Origin: a virus
IMG/VR virus record: IMGVR_UViG_3300045256_000188
Span: 19,426 to 83,425 of that record
Strand: one strand, 5' to 3'
Length of the DNA: 64,000 bases
The notes beneath the pieces are model-generated. The model did no database searches, was not told the DNA's origin, and worked only from the letters and a program-made list of their open reading frames with translations. The position numbers and the translations under genes were made by a program. Position 1 is the first letter of the stretch, and each line of letters opens with the position of its first letter. Positions 9,601 to 19,086 of the stretch are shown here, piece after piece.

Positions 9601-11372
9601 GGGTGATAGATGTTCTCGAAGGACGTCAGCCGAAGGTGCATCACCTGCCAGGGGTGCAGGAACACCGGACGCGGCCAGAGGGCATCCATGTAGAAGAAAC
9701 CGATCAGGTCACCGTACCGCGTCTCGATCCGGGTGAAGTTGTAGACGTTCATGAACTTCAGTGATGCCACTGCAGTTCGATGTTGGTCAAGAATCACTTC
9801 GAAGGGAAGATCGCCGTACTTGCACAGGTAGCGAACCGACGGCCTGCAGTAGGTATCCCACTGTAGGGTATTGAAGAATAGTTCCTCAAGCTCCTTCTTC
9901 AGGCGGCGGTTTCGAGCACGGATGATGAGGGTGTGCTTGCGTTCCGGGTCAACCAGGCTGTTGTGAACGATAACCCAGGACGATTCAGTGCCGGCCGCAA
10001 AACAGTGATATCCTGGAACTTCGATGTCGTAAACTGTCTCAGAAACGCCGGCTGGCTCGACGGCGACAACCTTGTGATTTCCGAACGACTTCTGCAAATA
10101 ACGGGATTCGCAGACGGTCGGCCGGCAGTCGTCGCAGTAAGGACTGTAGGCCGCGCCATTCTTGAGAAACCGGCTCGCCGGTTTGACGTCATCACAAGCT
10201 AAGCACAGACGTTCGGATACAGGGACGTAGGCGGAACGCTTATTAGCGTTACGTCTATCGCGATACGCCGTTTCACTCTTGCGGCGCTGATGGTAATCAC
10301 GAAGATATTCCTGACGACACTGCCGACAGACCCACGCCACGCCAGTAATCCGTTCGTTACAGCACGAGCAACGGTGGTGAGCGTCACGGAAAGCGGCCCA
10401 CGTCAGATCGTTGGCCGCCAGGACCCGGCGCAAGACCCGCTCCCCGATATCACAGGCCCCACAGACCCCGGCGATGGTGACCGGACCAGACCAATCGGCC
10501 ATCGCATGGAGTATCTCGTCCAGGGTGATATCGTTGAAACTGTGGTTCTCAGCGCCATACTTCTTGTGGATGATATCATGCTGAGTCTTGGTCATCCCTA
10601 CCAAATTAGACGGAGAATTATTTAGACTGTCAAAATCCTTGTGGTGAACGACCTGCGGGCTATCGTCGTTGAGGTGGTGATAGACCCACCGGTGAGTGCT
10701 GGTGAAATTCTTGCCGTTGAAGAAATACTCATAGGCGGTCGCCGTCGGGTATGGTTTCTCGTCGAATAGGGCGTAACCGTCTTTGGCGCGATATTTCTTC
10801 TTCCGGTATAGGGGTTTGAGGCTGTCGCCGGGGCGCAGATCACCCGCCTGACGATAGGTCCCGGCCTTAGTCATAAAAAGGTGGTCCGAGGTACACTTAA
10901 TACTAGATCCATCATCAAGAACGACGCGGACGATCGGGACATTAATCCCGCTGACACGAGCCCCACGCGCCAACGCGGGGACGTATGAACCAGTCTTGGG
11001 GTCGACTGAATACACCCAGAATTCGTTATCCACTCCTCTATTGGCCAGCTCGGCGATAGTGGGACAGGAACCGTCTAGAAGTGGGATACGCGTATCCCCG
11101 GTCAAGCAGGCTTCATCAGCATAAAGATCCAATGCCAGGGACACTTCCCCGGTCTGATCCATCTGCTCGTAGTCCTTATACCGCTCCAAACGGTTGATCT
11201 GAAGGTTGGTCTGGTCAAGGATCGCCGCCTGATTGTTGAAATCAAGGAACTCGCCGCCAGCCGTCAGCCGGTCTAGATTGGATTGGTCCTGGAAGACCCG
11301 TTCGAAGCTGTAAATCCGACCCTGCCGGGCTAGGGCTCGAATGCGGTCAAAGACCAACCAGTTGCTTGGCAT
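6612..11372 (-). CDS. Portal protein (T4 gp20-like) with three inteins; about 671 aa after splicing
   Basis: ALDLYADEA, PYGRSIL, LRLMEDAALIYRI-TRAPEKRKF, EDDFFLPRR, DIEYFKKK match gp20 portal motifs. Confidence 0.93.
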   Translation of the reverse strand: MPSNWLVFDRIRALARQGRIYSFERVFQDQSNLDRLTAGGEFLDFNNQAAILDQTNLQINRLERYKDYEQMDQTGEVSLALDLYADEACLTGDTRIPLLDGSCPTIAELANRGVDNEFWVYSVDPKTGSYVPALARGARVSGINVPIVRVVLDDGSSIKCTSDHLFMTKAGTYRQAGDLRPGDSLKPLYRKKKYRAKDGYALFDEKPYPTATAYEYFFNGKNFTSTHRWVYHHLNDDSPQVVHHKDFDSLNNSPSNLVGMTKTQHDIIHKKYGAENHSFNDITLDEILHAMADWSGPVTIAGVCGACDIGERVLRRVLAANDLTWAAFRDAHHRCSCCNERITGVAWVCRQCRQEYLRDYHQRRKSETAYRDRRNANKRSAYVPVSERLCLACDDVKPASRFLKNGAAYSPYCDDCRPTVCESRYLQKSFGNHKVVAVEPAGVSETVYDIEVPGYHCFAAGTESSWVIVHNSLVDPERKHTLIIRARNRRLKKELEELFFNTLQWDTYCRPSVRYLCKYGDLPFEVILDQHRTAVASLKFMNVYNFTRIETRYGDLIGFFYMDALWPRPVFLHPWQVMHLRLTSFENIYHPYGRCCDMRTPILVPGGYKQLRDLTRGDVVYSFDGLTPRATTVRQTVCSGYKPGLRITTKYRTIEVSEDHPILAVMGGAGGKLFRRYVPAKYVVPGSKIVVHDPEYDDANSYMAEDVVRAESAGRLEVGDIQVASCFHNFNANGVVVHNSILDGGRKAFKQLRLMEDAALIYRICLRGDTLVWTPTGHTPIKDLKVGDEVYCFKDGQPKVTKVIDWQCNGRDVIYRVYSQHREIFCNATHPILVETSYSNKRDKDRPARLEYVDVKDLIVKRNGIASHHRFLLPQVKHTEYVPLDRSSLAAGGRESASRAFTIPEVATEDFARWFGFMVGDGFVSARPHRNRPGSVTRQVGFAIGADAHTNDYYAKLFASFVGQLTFSGDSGGRLGSFSINSKPLHDFMLDNGFISGAANKRIPAWVFQSPRSVQEAFIDGYIDADGHRRLFEGGNTESCEVDCCNELLLRDLKELCHRLGWDVGLVRKHERSGGHEIEPGRVMPDTVGWSLYFTKRQLPDPDYIVRAGERHSNASEAILGVEEVGDDLVYDITVEDEVHNFISNGNVQANTRAPEKRKFTIPVGLIPPKEVPEYMQMIARNFKRQRFYNPSTGSFDERYSPLIQEDDFFLPRRPDGTGPDVDVLPGGENVDKIADIEYFKKKMIAPMKIPFSRVGIGEGSGEASEKSLSQSHSEFAKSVQWVQREVATGLTKVAIIHLALRGYPVEDLKGFEIALTATSAMEELYRIETWQTRVGVMTDLQALGWFPKEWIVTNFTDLSPDEIEELKEMTAEAVSGGGDAAGGGGGGGGGGGGGGLDVPADPAAGGDPAAGGDPAAGGAPPDPAAAGAEAAAMTDPNAIPESKLPGFDWEADKRLLAEYKKSGQRNKAMSLVRKWADRLGKPLFAEDREFTSGFQAVLESKELDGLCRGKPTPNQIVMSEGLEVPLLYDPSEDPGLLVEWSVPKDIRDEVIREVYNVITVGHDLPEESDSEEITESDLPVAVSGL
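7920..9080 (-). mobile_element. Portal intein 3 (387 aa, LAGLIDADG)
   Basis: IYRI|CLRGDTLVWTPTG ... FGFMVGDG ... FIDGYIDADG ... VYDITV ... NVQAN|T. Confidence 0.93.
9156..9590 (-). mobile_element. Portal intein 2 (145 aa mini-intein)
   Basis: PYGR|CCDMRTPILVPGG ... VSEDHP ... GDIQV ... NGVVVHN|S; no endonuclease. Confidence 0.92.
9960..11108 (-). mobile_element. Portal intein 1 (383 aa, HNH-type endonuclease plus Cys-rich zinc motifs)
   Basis: ADEA|CLTGDTRIPLLDG ... CTSDH ... THRWVY ... VVHHKDFDSLNNSPSNL ... VYDIEV ... IVHN|S. Confidence 0.93.
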
Positions 11373-11455
11373 TACGACTCCCCTAGAGCGATGCGACAGA
11401 GAGTATCTACGGTGAGGTCGCCCTGAGCGTCTATTCGTAAGTTTGAGGGTGTAGA

Positions 11456-12040
11456 ATGCGTCGTCGCGTACTCCCAGGAGCGATCGGGGCCGGACTTCTC
11501 GGCGGTCTGCTGTGGTGGCTCACCGGCAGCCAACCGCCTCCGCCCGCTCCACAACCGCCACCAAACCCGGCTCCCACACCGGCCCCAACCAACACCATCT
11601 CCCAATTACTCGACGCCCACAATCGCTACCGTGCCCAGCACAACGTCCCCGCCTTAGCCCTCAACGCCAAGCTCACCGCTGCCGCCCAGAAGCATGCACG
11701 GTGGATGGCCAACAACCGAAGAATGAGCCACACCGGAGTCGGCGGCTCATCCTTCGCCGACCGCATCAGGGCGGAGGGCTACGACTTCCGGATGGGAGGA
11801 GAGAACATCGCGGCTGGCTATAAGTCCGTCGATGCTGCCATGACCGGCTGGATGAACAGTCCAGGCCACCGGGCCAACATCCTAAACCCAAACTATAAGG
11901 AGGTCGGGCTGGGGGTCGTCAACAACTACTGGTGTACCGTATTCGCTACCCCATTCACCAGCACCAACGCCGTCACCAACTCGATCATCGAACTCCCCGG
12001 TGGCATCCGAGCCGGTGACCTCGACGAATTCGGGCCTTAA
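11456..12040 (+). CDS. CAP/SCP-domain secreted or membrane-anchored protein
   Basis: Hydrophobic N-terminus, Pro-rich linker, HNRYRAQHNV, AAQKHARWM, GENIAAG, GWMNSPGHRANIL. Confidence 0.9.
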   Translation: MRRRVLPGAIGAGLLGGLLWWLTGSQPPPPAPQPPPNPAPTPAPTNTISQLLDAHNRYRAQHNVPALALNAKLTAAAQKHARWMANNRRMSHTGVGGSSFADRIRAEGYDFRMGGENIAAGYKSVDAAMTGWMNSPGHRANILNPNYKEVGLGVVNNYWCTVFATPFTSTNAVTNSIIELPGGIRAGDLDEFGP

Positions 12041-15000
12041 TCCTTGTCGTAAAAGAAACGCTTTGGGGTGACCAACGGCTTACCCTGGCTGATTGGGATA
12101 CTACCCAGCGACAAAGTATAAGCATCAAGCTGCCGCTGGGCCGAAGTCTCCGGTAGCTCCGTCGGGGCCAGGGTCATGGGCATCAAAAGCCCAGGCCCGC
12201 CGCGTGCCGCGAACGTCTCCTGCAGATCTACTCGCGACGTATCGGACAGAATCTTCGGCCCCGTCTGGCTCTTGAAATCACCACCATTCGGCCCCATCGG
12301 AACGAGGTTCCCGGCGTCGATAATGTAAGCATCAGCGGCCCCCACCAGGGCCATACCGCATGCCATCACCAAGTCGTCGAAATTACCAGCCCCGTCCTCC
12401 GCCTCAGTCTTCATTGTGTCCTTACCAGACCGGTCACGCTTTCGCACATAGGTCTGGAACTGTTTGAGCAATCGCTTAGAAAAGACCGTGTAGCCGTCTT
12501 CCTCGTTATCACGGATGCAGTCGATGAGGAACTTGTTGAGTGTGGGCTTCGACGCAGTAGTGGTCAAGAAACCGTAGGGAGCCACCTTGAGTGGCCGAGC
12601 CCGCTGCCCAGACCACATCGGACGGGGCTTGTCGTTGATATCCTTCTTACGCCAGATTCGTGGATACATGATGTCGTGACGGAGCATGTCGATGAGAGTG
12701 TCGCCGCCATTGTTCCGCTCGATTACCGCCAGAGCACAGTTATACCACCGCCCAATCCGGTCGATGAACTTCACAAATTCCCGCGGCAGGCAGTGAGCCA
12801 TAAACTCAGCCACTTGTTGGCGGGTGATGACATCGAAGACCTCGATAGCCGAATAGTCACGGCCCTTACCGGTCGCGATGTCCACCCCCATCACGTAGGA
12901 ATGGGCCGGAGTACCAGGGTCGATGATCGTATTGCCCCGCTTCTTCATCGGGGTCGCCAGTACCGGCTTCTCCCAGACCCATAGACCCTCGTTGGGATCC
13001 CTAAACGAGAAGTCCAATTCCTCGGTGCTACCGGTGACAGGGTGCACGTAAACCTGAAGTCCCTCGACCTTGTACTTGGGCTCTTTGAGGGTGGTCTGGA
13101 CGTGGGCCAGAACCTCCTTGGAGAGCACCGTGTTACCGGAGCCGACGAACTGTGCGAGCACTTCTTGTTCGAACTTCCAGGCTTCACCCTGTTCTTGCAG
13201 TGCCCGATATTGGTCTTCCAGCCACGGTGACCACCACTGCCCGTACTTCACGGGATCGAGGCGGATCGGCCCGTGCTTGGGGTGCTGGATGATCTGGCCC
13301 TTGGCCTCCAAGATACCGTCACACGGAGCAATCCGGCGGTTCTCTTTGGACAGAGGATCGACATACTCGATCGCCCAATCCATATCCCACCAGTTGATGA
13401 TACATGGGTTGAACTGGTTGACGCCGGCTTCCGCGTCAGTGACTGTACTCCAGTACCAGTTACCGACGCCATTGGTATTATGCGAGACGAAACCGTTGGA
13501 GATGAACGTATGGTCACCTGGAATCGTGAAGTCATACGTCTCTGCGCTCGAAACATCGACATTCTTAACTTCGTCCCAAAAAATAGACTCATCGGTCAAT
13601 GACTGTAGAGCCTTAAATGACAGATAGGTGTTATGGTCTGGGGCTAGCACATCGACCAGTTTACGGAGTACGGAGCGCTCGGTAAGATCCTTAGCCCGTT
13701 TCTTGAATAACAGATTCGGAGTGTTGATTCCGCGACGCTTCAGCTCGCCGATAGACAGTCCGGACTCCTGCCGCAAACGCGCGAGCCAAAAACGGACATT
13801 AGGGACGAATTCTCTTCTGGAGAGTGTCTTGTTCGAATTGGCCGTCTTCCTATCCAGCCCGAAACCGATGAGATCATAGAATTTATCGATCTCTCCGGAC
13901 GGGACAATCAACTGCCACGACTCCCGACAGTCAGACATGTAGCTGCGTCCGTTGAGGTCGAAAGTCTTCGTGTGTGCCGGATGATATTCTTCGCGAGTGA
14001 TGATCCCAAAATTAAGGAGTATTGCCCGCACTTGTTTGATGAGTTGCCGCGAGGTGGACGTATATCCGACCTCTCCGTTGCGTGAGCGACTGTGACCATC
14101 GCCGTCGTACAACCCACGCAAGAATGCGGCGATGATGCCTTTGGAACACGACCAGAGACGCCGTGGGATTTCTTTATCCGGTGCCGTTCCGGGGACACAC
14201 CCGAGCCATCTGAGGAACCTAACAAAACAACGATTGTAACAACTGATATGCGCAGACCGACTCTCCGGCATCCAGACTAGGCCCCACCGGTTGGATGTCA
14301 GCCAGTCATGGGTCTCGCGATCATCACTGGTAACCGTGACATAATCGTCATTGATGTAGCCTTCAGCGACAATTAGGCCGACCATGGCCGCCAATTCATC
14401 GTCAATCTTGCCGACGTTGAATGACGATGACGCATGCGTGCCCGGACCGTCGCTGAAGTTCAGGTCGTCATCGTCCCCGAACTGCATCATCCCGCGTTTG
14501 ATTGGTATAAAGTCACCGGGCCTAATTTGATCGGCGTAGGTCCAACCCGCCATCTCTCCCTCACGACAGAGCCAGACACGATGCTTGGTGTGGGCTTCTA
14601 GCTCATAGCCCATTTTGGAAGTGATACGACGAGTCTCTTCGGCTCGCCGTTTGTAGAATGCACTAGGTTGTTGTAAACCTCGCCGCCCGAACACAGCCGG
14701 GCCGACATACAGCTTGTATTCATACCCACCCTCTTCACCGACATAGTCGCCGTCAAAATCGCCGATGCGGCACATACCCTTGTTCGTCCACACCAGCGAG
14801 TCGCCGGCCACGCACGTACTGATGACGATGACGTTACCACCGTGCTGCAGGGTGTTGTGACTCACCATCCCGTTAGCGAGATAGGTATTGTTGTGAGGAA
14901 CAGAAATATCAAATGTCTCAGTTTCACCGCTCTTTACAGCAGCGACAGTGTCGAAAAAGAACCCTCGCTGGATATAAGAGGACAAGCGATCCGTTAGACC

Positions 15001-17709
15001 AAATTCGTTAGCCAGCTCACGAACCAAAGCCAATCGTACCACTCCAGACCGGCGGATTCTATGGAGATTCCACTTGCGAGCATCTGGGCATTGACGGAAT
15101 GTCCCACCAGCAATCAATTTCTTGAGAACGGCAGTGGCGAACTCATAGACAAGCACTGGATGATCTATCTCGGCGAATTCGTTGGAGCCGCAAAAAGCGT
15201 CGAGGGCAGCCTGCTTCCTGTCCGTGATAAAACCAATCAAGTCCCGATATTTTAGTTTGCTCGCAGCGTCCCAAATATCGACTCGCCAATATGGCTCACC
15301 GCCATAACGCTGCTCGTTTCGGTCCGGAACTTTAGCCGGCTCGACCAGGCAACGGCGGCTGATGATACCCAGAGCATGTAACGCGATCTGGACTTGTTCA
15401 GCCAGCAACTCCGATGTGGTGGACAACCCAAGCTTCAGGCCGGTTGACGACTGATAACACCAGCCGTCCGAATCAAACAACCCCCGCAAGAACGCACAGA
15501 GAACCTTGGTGTCCGACTTGAGGATCATTTGGGGGATTTGTGCATTCTGCGGCTTACTCTTACTGGCCAGCCCATTACGGACTAGCAGCTCACAAAATTC
15601 AGCCGAGTTCAGACGTAGATTCTCAGTGTCGAACTCCGTCTCAGCATACGCTGTGGTCGTGAGGCCCAAAGGCAGACCGTTGAATTTGGCTATAACAGCG
15701 TCCCTGGTGGCCGCATCTTGGGGGTCGAAAACAATCTTGAAACGCTTGGGCCTGGAGCGACTGAGGCTTCCGTCACCGATATAAAGACCTAAGATCTCGG
15801 CGAGATCCGGAGATAACTCGATGCCATTATCGAGGTATTGACGTTTGCCGACGAACTGACCTGGGAGACTAACAAGGATATCTCCTGGGCTGATATCACC
15901 TAGTTCTCTCCAGACGTAGTTCCCAACTTCATCGATAACCCGTAAACGGTGGTGGTGCGTGCCTTCGATCTGGAATCCAAGCGACGTATCAACGATCGTG
16001 GTGGGTTTACGTCCGGAGACGTAAGCCTTATCACTATACTGATAGCCATTGTCGGTCGCGACACTGATGCTATGATCTTTCCACGGATCTCCACCTCGTG
16101 CCAGGTCGCCTACCTTAACCAACCCCTCTGCCGTCTGGATGAGTGTATTATACCTAGTGCAAGGCCAACCACCAGCCCACATGATATCCATAGACGGGAT
16201 GAACGCCGCTTCGTCAATGATGTTCAGCGAGGAGGCGTTCGACCGGAGGACGTCGGGGTGGCTGGTGAGGCTCTTGATCTTAGAGCCGTTCGGGAAGAAT
16301 AGCTCGTGCTCGTTGTTCTTGACCGGCTTCCACAACTCTTGCATCCAGGGCGGCAGGTGCTCGAATAGGAAGACGATCTGTTCACGCAAGAAGTTCATCG
16401 CGTCATTGTCGGTACGGGACACGATAAGAATCGTCTTGTGTGGATGGAACATCGCAAACCAGAGTGCGAATGCCCCAGCGATCTTCGAGATGCCAGCCTG
16501 ACGGCAATTATGTGCGACGACACCATCAACAATGAAGTTGTATTTGTCAACCTCAAGATCGTAGACCAACGCCTTCCCGGCCGGCTTCACGGACTTGACC
16601 TGCCCCTTGACCCGCTTTCGGAAGAAGCCTTTGGTCGTAGGAGTGTATCGCGGTTCCTTGCCGTATATCCCGATCTGGTCTACGAAGCGGCTGAAGTTGT
16701 CAGTTCCGAAGATCCGCAGTTTGGCCAATGAATTATCAGTGGCCGGATAAAATTTAGCGTCGATCCCGAACCGGCTCAACAGCTGCTTGACTTGATGTAG
16801 CAGCAAGGCCGACTCCGACCTCAGCCCCACCTCATTGCAGTGCTTACCGCTGTACCAACCGCCCCCAGCGAAGATGCGATTCAGAAGCACGGCCAGCGAA
16901 GCATTATTCCAGCTGAAGACACATTCCGGGAGCCGTTTGTTCTCGGCCTTGTGGCCCCACATCCCGATCGATTTGAGCCACTTGCGGGCCGCCGTATCGG
17001 AAGAAAGCACGCGATACAAGTCTTTCTTACTCTTCCCACTTCCGGCTTTGTTGTGCAGTTTGATGCGTAGGCGTTTGGCGAACCTTTTCTGAAAGTGCCG
17101 CTGATATTCAAGCAAGTATTTCCGACAGGTATTGGTGAAATGGAACTGATGGCCGCTACCGGAGCCGCTGTAACAGCCATCGGTCACCAGATAACCAATT
17201 ATGATAGCTTCTGACTCGTCGGCGTCCAGATACCGCTGCGGTTCGTGAACCTCGACCAGGACGTCGTTGGGGGTGAAGTCCTTGGCTTCCATCCAGCGAC
17301 GGCGTGTCAGAAACGAATGATCAGGAGTGCAATCGGAACGGTGGCCAGTCTTGGTCCGCACCGTGACGATGTCCCTCTCACCATTACACCAGGCCGCTGT
17401 GACCTTACCGATCACTACGGCACCGGTGCGTTGGTCGTACGAATAGACCTCATCCCCCTTCTTGACAGCCTCGATCGGCTTGGGGCCGGTAGGCGTCCAG
17501 ACCATCGATCCGGCCGCGAAACACTTGCGGAAAATGTTCAGGCGGTGCTTGCGGAACGACTTAATGGCCTTTAGCTGGTACTTGAACGGGAAGAAGGGAA
17601 TGATACCCGCGGACGGGTGCTTCACCTTCCCCAGGTTACGCAAGAACCACGCCATCGACAATTGGCAACGACGGATCACCTCACGTTGTTGTGCGTTGAC
17701 CACTACCAT
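12037..17709 (-). CDS. terL: Terminase large subunit (T4 gp17-like) with three inteins; about 669 aa after splicing
   Basis: Walker A RK|CRQAGIS, Walker B IIDEAAF, coupling motif VIST|TNG, nuclease GVDIATGKGRDYS, ERNNGG, DDLVMA. Confidence 0.95.
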   Translation of the reverse strand: MVVVNAQQREVIRRCQLSMAWFLRNLGKVKHPSAGIIPFFPFKYQLKAIKSFRKHRLNIFRKCFAAGSMVWTPTGPKPIEAVKKGDEVYSYDQRTGAVVIGKVTAAWCNGERDIVTVRTKTGHRSDCTPDHSFLTRRRWMEAKDFTPNDVLVEVHEPQRYLDADESEAIIIGYLVTDGCYSGSGSGHQFHFTNTCRKYLLEYQRHFQKRFAKRLRIKLHNKAGSGKSKKDLYRVLSSDTAARKWLKSIGMWGHKAENKRLPECVFSWNNASLAVLLNRIFAGGGWYSGKHCNEVGLRSESALLLHQVKQLLSRFGIDAKFYPATDNSLAKLRIFGTDNFSRFVDQIGIYGKEPRYTPTTKGFFRKRVKGQVKSVKPAGKALVYDLEVDKYNFIVDGVVAHNCRQAGISKIAGAFALWFAMFHPHKTILIVSRTDNDAMNFLREQIVFLFEHLPPWMQELWKPVKNNEHELFFPNGSKIKSLTSHPDVLRSNASSLNIIDEAAFIPSMDIMWAGGWPCTRYNTLIQTAEGLVKVGDLARGGDPWKDHSISVATDNGYQYSDKAYVSGRKPTTIVDTSLGFQIEGTHHHRLRVIDEVGNYVWRELGDISPGDILVSLPGQFVGKRQYLDNGIELSPDLAEILGLYIGDGSLSRSRPKRFKIVFDPQDAATRDAVIAKFNGLPLGLTTTAYAETEFDTENLRLNSAEFCELLVRNGLASKSKPQNAQIPQMILKSDTKVLCAFLRGLFDSDGWCYQSSTGLKLGLSTTSELLAEQVQIALHALGIISRRCLVEPAKVPDRNEQRYGGEPYWRVDIWDAASKLKYRDLIGFITDRKQAALDAFCGSNEFAEIDHPVLVYEFATAVLKKLIAGGTFRQCPDARKWNLHRIRRSGVVRLALVRELANEFGLTDRLSSYIQRGFFFDTVAAVKSGETETFDISVPHNNTYLANGMVSHNTLQHGGNVIVISTCVAGDSLVWTNKGMCRIGDFDGDYVGEEGGYEYKLYVGPAVFGRRGLQQPSAFYKRRAEETRRITSKMGYELEAHTKHRVWLCREGEMAGWTYADQIRPGDFIPIKRGMMQFGDDDDLNFSDGPGTHASSSFNVGKIDDELAAMVGLIVAEGYINDDYVTVTSDDRETHDWLTSNRWGLVWMPESRSAHISCYNRCFVRFLRWLGCVPGTAPDKEIPRRLWSCSKGIIAAFLRGLYDGDGHSRSRNGEVGYTSTSRQLIKQVRAILLNFGIITREEYHPAHTKTFDLNGRSYMSDCRESWQLIVPSGEIDKFYDLIGFGLDRKTANSNKTLSRREFVPNVRFWLARLRQESGLSIGELKRRGINTPNLLFKKRAKDLTERSVLRKLVDVLAPDHNTYLSFKALQSLTDESIFWDEVKNVDVSSAETYDFTIPGDHTFISNGFVSHNTNGVGNWYWSTVTDAEAGVNQFNPCIINWWDMDWAIEYVDPLSKENRRIAPCDGILEAKGQIIQHPKHGPIRLDPVKYGQWWSPWLEDQYRALQEQGEAWKFEQEVLAQFVGSGNTVLSKEVLAHVQTTLKEPKYKVEGLQVYVHPVTGSTEELDFSFRDPNEGLWVWEKPVLATPMKKRGNTIIDPGTPAHSYVMGVDIATGKGRDYSAIEVFDVITRQQVAEFMAHCLPREFVKFIDRIGRWYNCALAVIERNNGGDTLIDMLRHDIMYPRIWRKKDINDKPRPMWSGQRARPLKVAPYGFLTTTASKPTLNKFLIDCIRDNEEDGYTVFSKRLLKQFQTYVRKRDRSGKDTMKTEAEDGAGNFDDLVMACGMALVGAADAYIIDAGNLVPMGPNGGDFKSQTGPKILSDTSRVDLQETFAARGGPGLLMPMTLAPTELPETSAQRQLDAYTLSLGSIPISQGKPLVTPKRFFYDKD
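13477..14814 (-). mobile_element. TerL intein 3 (446 aa, LAGLIDADG)
   Basis: VIST|CVAGDSLVWTNKG ... VGLIVAEG ... LRGLYDGDG ... TYDFTI ... VSHN|T. Confidence 0.93.
14854..16161 (-). mobile_element. TerL intein 2 (436 aa, LAGLIDADG)
   Basis: GGWP|CTRYNTLIQTAEG ... LGLYIGDG ... LRGLFDSDG ... TFDISV ... VSHN|T. Confidence 0.93.
16507..17523 (-). mobile_element. TerL intein 1 (339 aa, LAGLIDADG) in Walker A
   Basis: FRK|CFAAGSMVWTPTG ... CTPDH ... VYDLEV ... VVAHN|C. Confidence 0.93.
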
Positions 17710-18422
17710 TAGTATTCATCATCCCCACTGGATTCCAACGGATTGTTGTTGAGAAGATCCACCAGCGACTTATCAGCTTGGGCAGAGACGTTAGTATTCT
17801 GGATCAAGTTGTTGTTCTGAACCTGAACGCCAGCTTTGGTTGCCGCCAACAACTTAGCCTTAGCTTCGAGGGCCTTGATAGCTGTCAAGTTTACCGTCGC
17901 TTTGATCTCCAGTGCTTTGGTGAGGTTATCTACCCACATCCGTGATGGGTTCTGCCCAGCATTTATTGCTTTCTGAATTTCACCACGACACAAATTGATG
18001 GCGTCCTGCGTTTCTTGACGATCATGTCTAGTGCCCTGGACCACTTCTTCGGCGATTGCATCAAACTGCTCAAATTGCTTGCGAATGTCCACCACCGGTT
18101 CCGGCGGCGGAGGTGGTGGAGTTGACTCCTCGGCGGTCACCAGCTGAGGGAGGATATCGAGGCGACGGACCTCGGAAGTCTGGGGCGGAGTAGCTGGGGG
18201 TTCGTCGAGCTTGTCGGCAGCGGGGTTCGGGGCCATCTCGATAGGCGGGGAGGCATCACCATCTACGCCGGGGACCTCGGCCACCATACGGCCGGTCAAG
18301 TACTCGTCTGTTTCGTCCAGTTCACCTAGCAAGCCCTTCATCTCGTCGTCGAGGTCATCGACGTCTTGCGGCGGACCCTCGGTATCAAACTGGTCGTCAG
18401 GGTCGATGGGAATATCTGGCAT
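17709..18422 (-). CDS. Hypothetical protein, possible terminase small subunit
   Basis: Stop overlaps the terL start; acidic Pro-rich N-terminus, helical core, QNNN-rich tail. Confidence 0.5.
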   Translation of the reverse strand: MPDIPIDPDDQFDTEGPPQDVDDLDDEMKGLLGELDETDEYLTGRMVAEVPGVDGDASPPIEMAPNPAADKLDEPPATPPQTSEVRRLDILPQLVTAEESTPPPPPPEPVVDIRKQFEQFDAIAEEVVQGTRHDRQETQDAINLCRGEIQKAINAGQNPSRMWVDNLTKALEIKATVNLTAIKALEAKAKLLAATKAGVQVQNNNLIQNTNVSAQADKSLVDLLNNNPLESSGDDEY

Positions 18423-18423
18423 A

Positions 18424-18960
18424 TTAGCCCAGCTTTTGAGTGAGAGCGTACAACCAGTCTCGGTCTACACCCGGCCGGCTCATCAACTTACCAGCCAAGG
18501 TTTTCACGTACAGCCTGTTGGGGACTTCGGCCATAACCTCAGGTGTGAGGGGTTGGCCGATATGCTCGGCCAGGAACTTCAGAGCGGGCTGGAACTTCTC
18601 CGGCACCTTAGCCTCCTTAAGGGAGGCTGCCATTGTCTTCTCCTGGGTCCGGGCGGAGTGGGCGTGAGCGATACGGGCCCGGCCATGCGACTGCTGGTTG
18701 ACCGGTTGCCGCTTGGGTTGGACGCGAGCCGCCATTGTCAGCGTCTTGAGGGGATCAGTCTCGTTGTCGATGTGACTGTCGGTCGGGTTGGTGATTGTCC
18801 GACGACGTACACGATCCCGGATAGCTTCAGGGGTGCTCTCGCCGATCATAGTCCTAGAGATCAGCTTATTGAAGTCTTCGCATGTAACCGAGCCAGAGTC
18901 GATCCGTTCGATTACCGACTCCAGGGCAGCGTCAAGTTCCCGCTTCTTTGGCTGGATCAT
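18424..18960 (-). CDS. Hypothetical protein
   Basis: Start refined to MIQPKK using the GAGGA RBS; operonic with the downstream gene. Confidence 0.65.
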   Translation of the reverse strand: MIQPKKRELDAALESVIERIDSGSVTCEDFNKLISRTMIGESTPEAIRDRVRRRTITNPTDSHIDNETDPLKTLTMAARVQPKRQPVNQQSHGRARIAHAHSARTQEKTMAASLKEAKVPEKFQPALKFLAEHIGQPLTPEVMAEVPNRLYVKTLAGKLMSRPGVDRDWLYALTQKLG

Positions 18961-19086
18961 ATCCTCTACCCCATATGGTTTGCCCGGACTATGTATCTTT
19001 ACGGGCCGCAGGAATCCTGCCATATCTTTGGTAAAGACAACAACGTCCGTATTAGAGCCAGTAACCAACCATCCGCGAGGCCCTAA

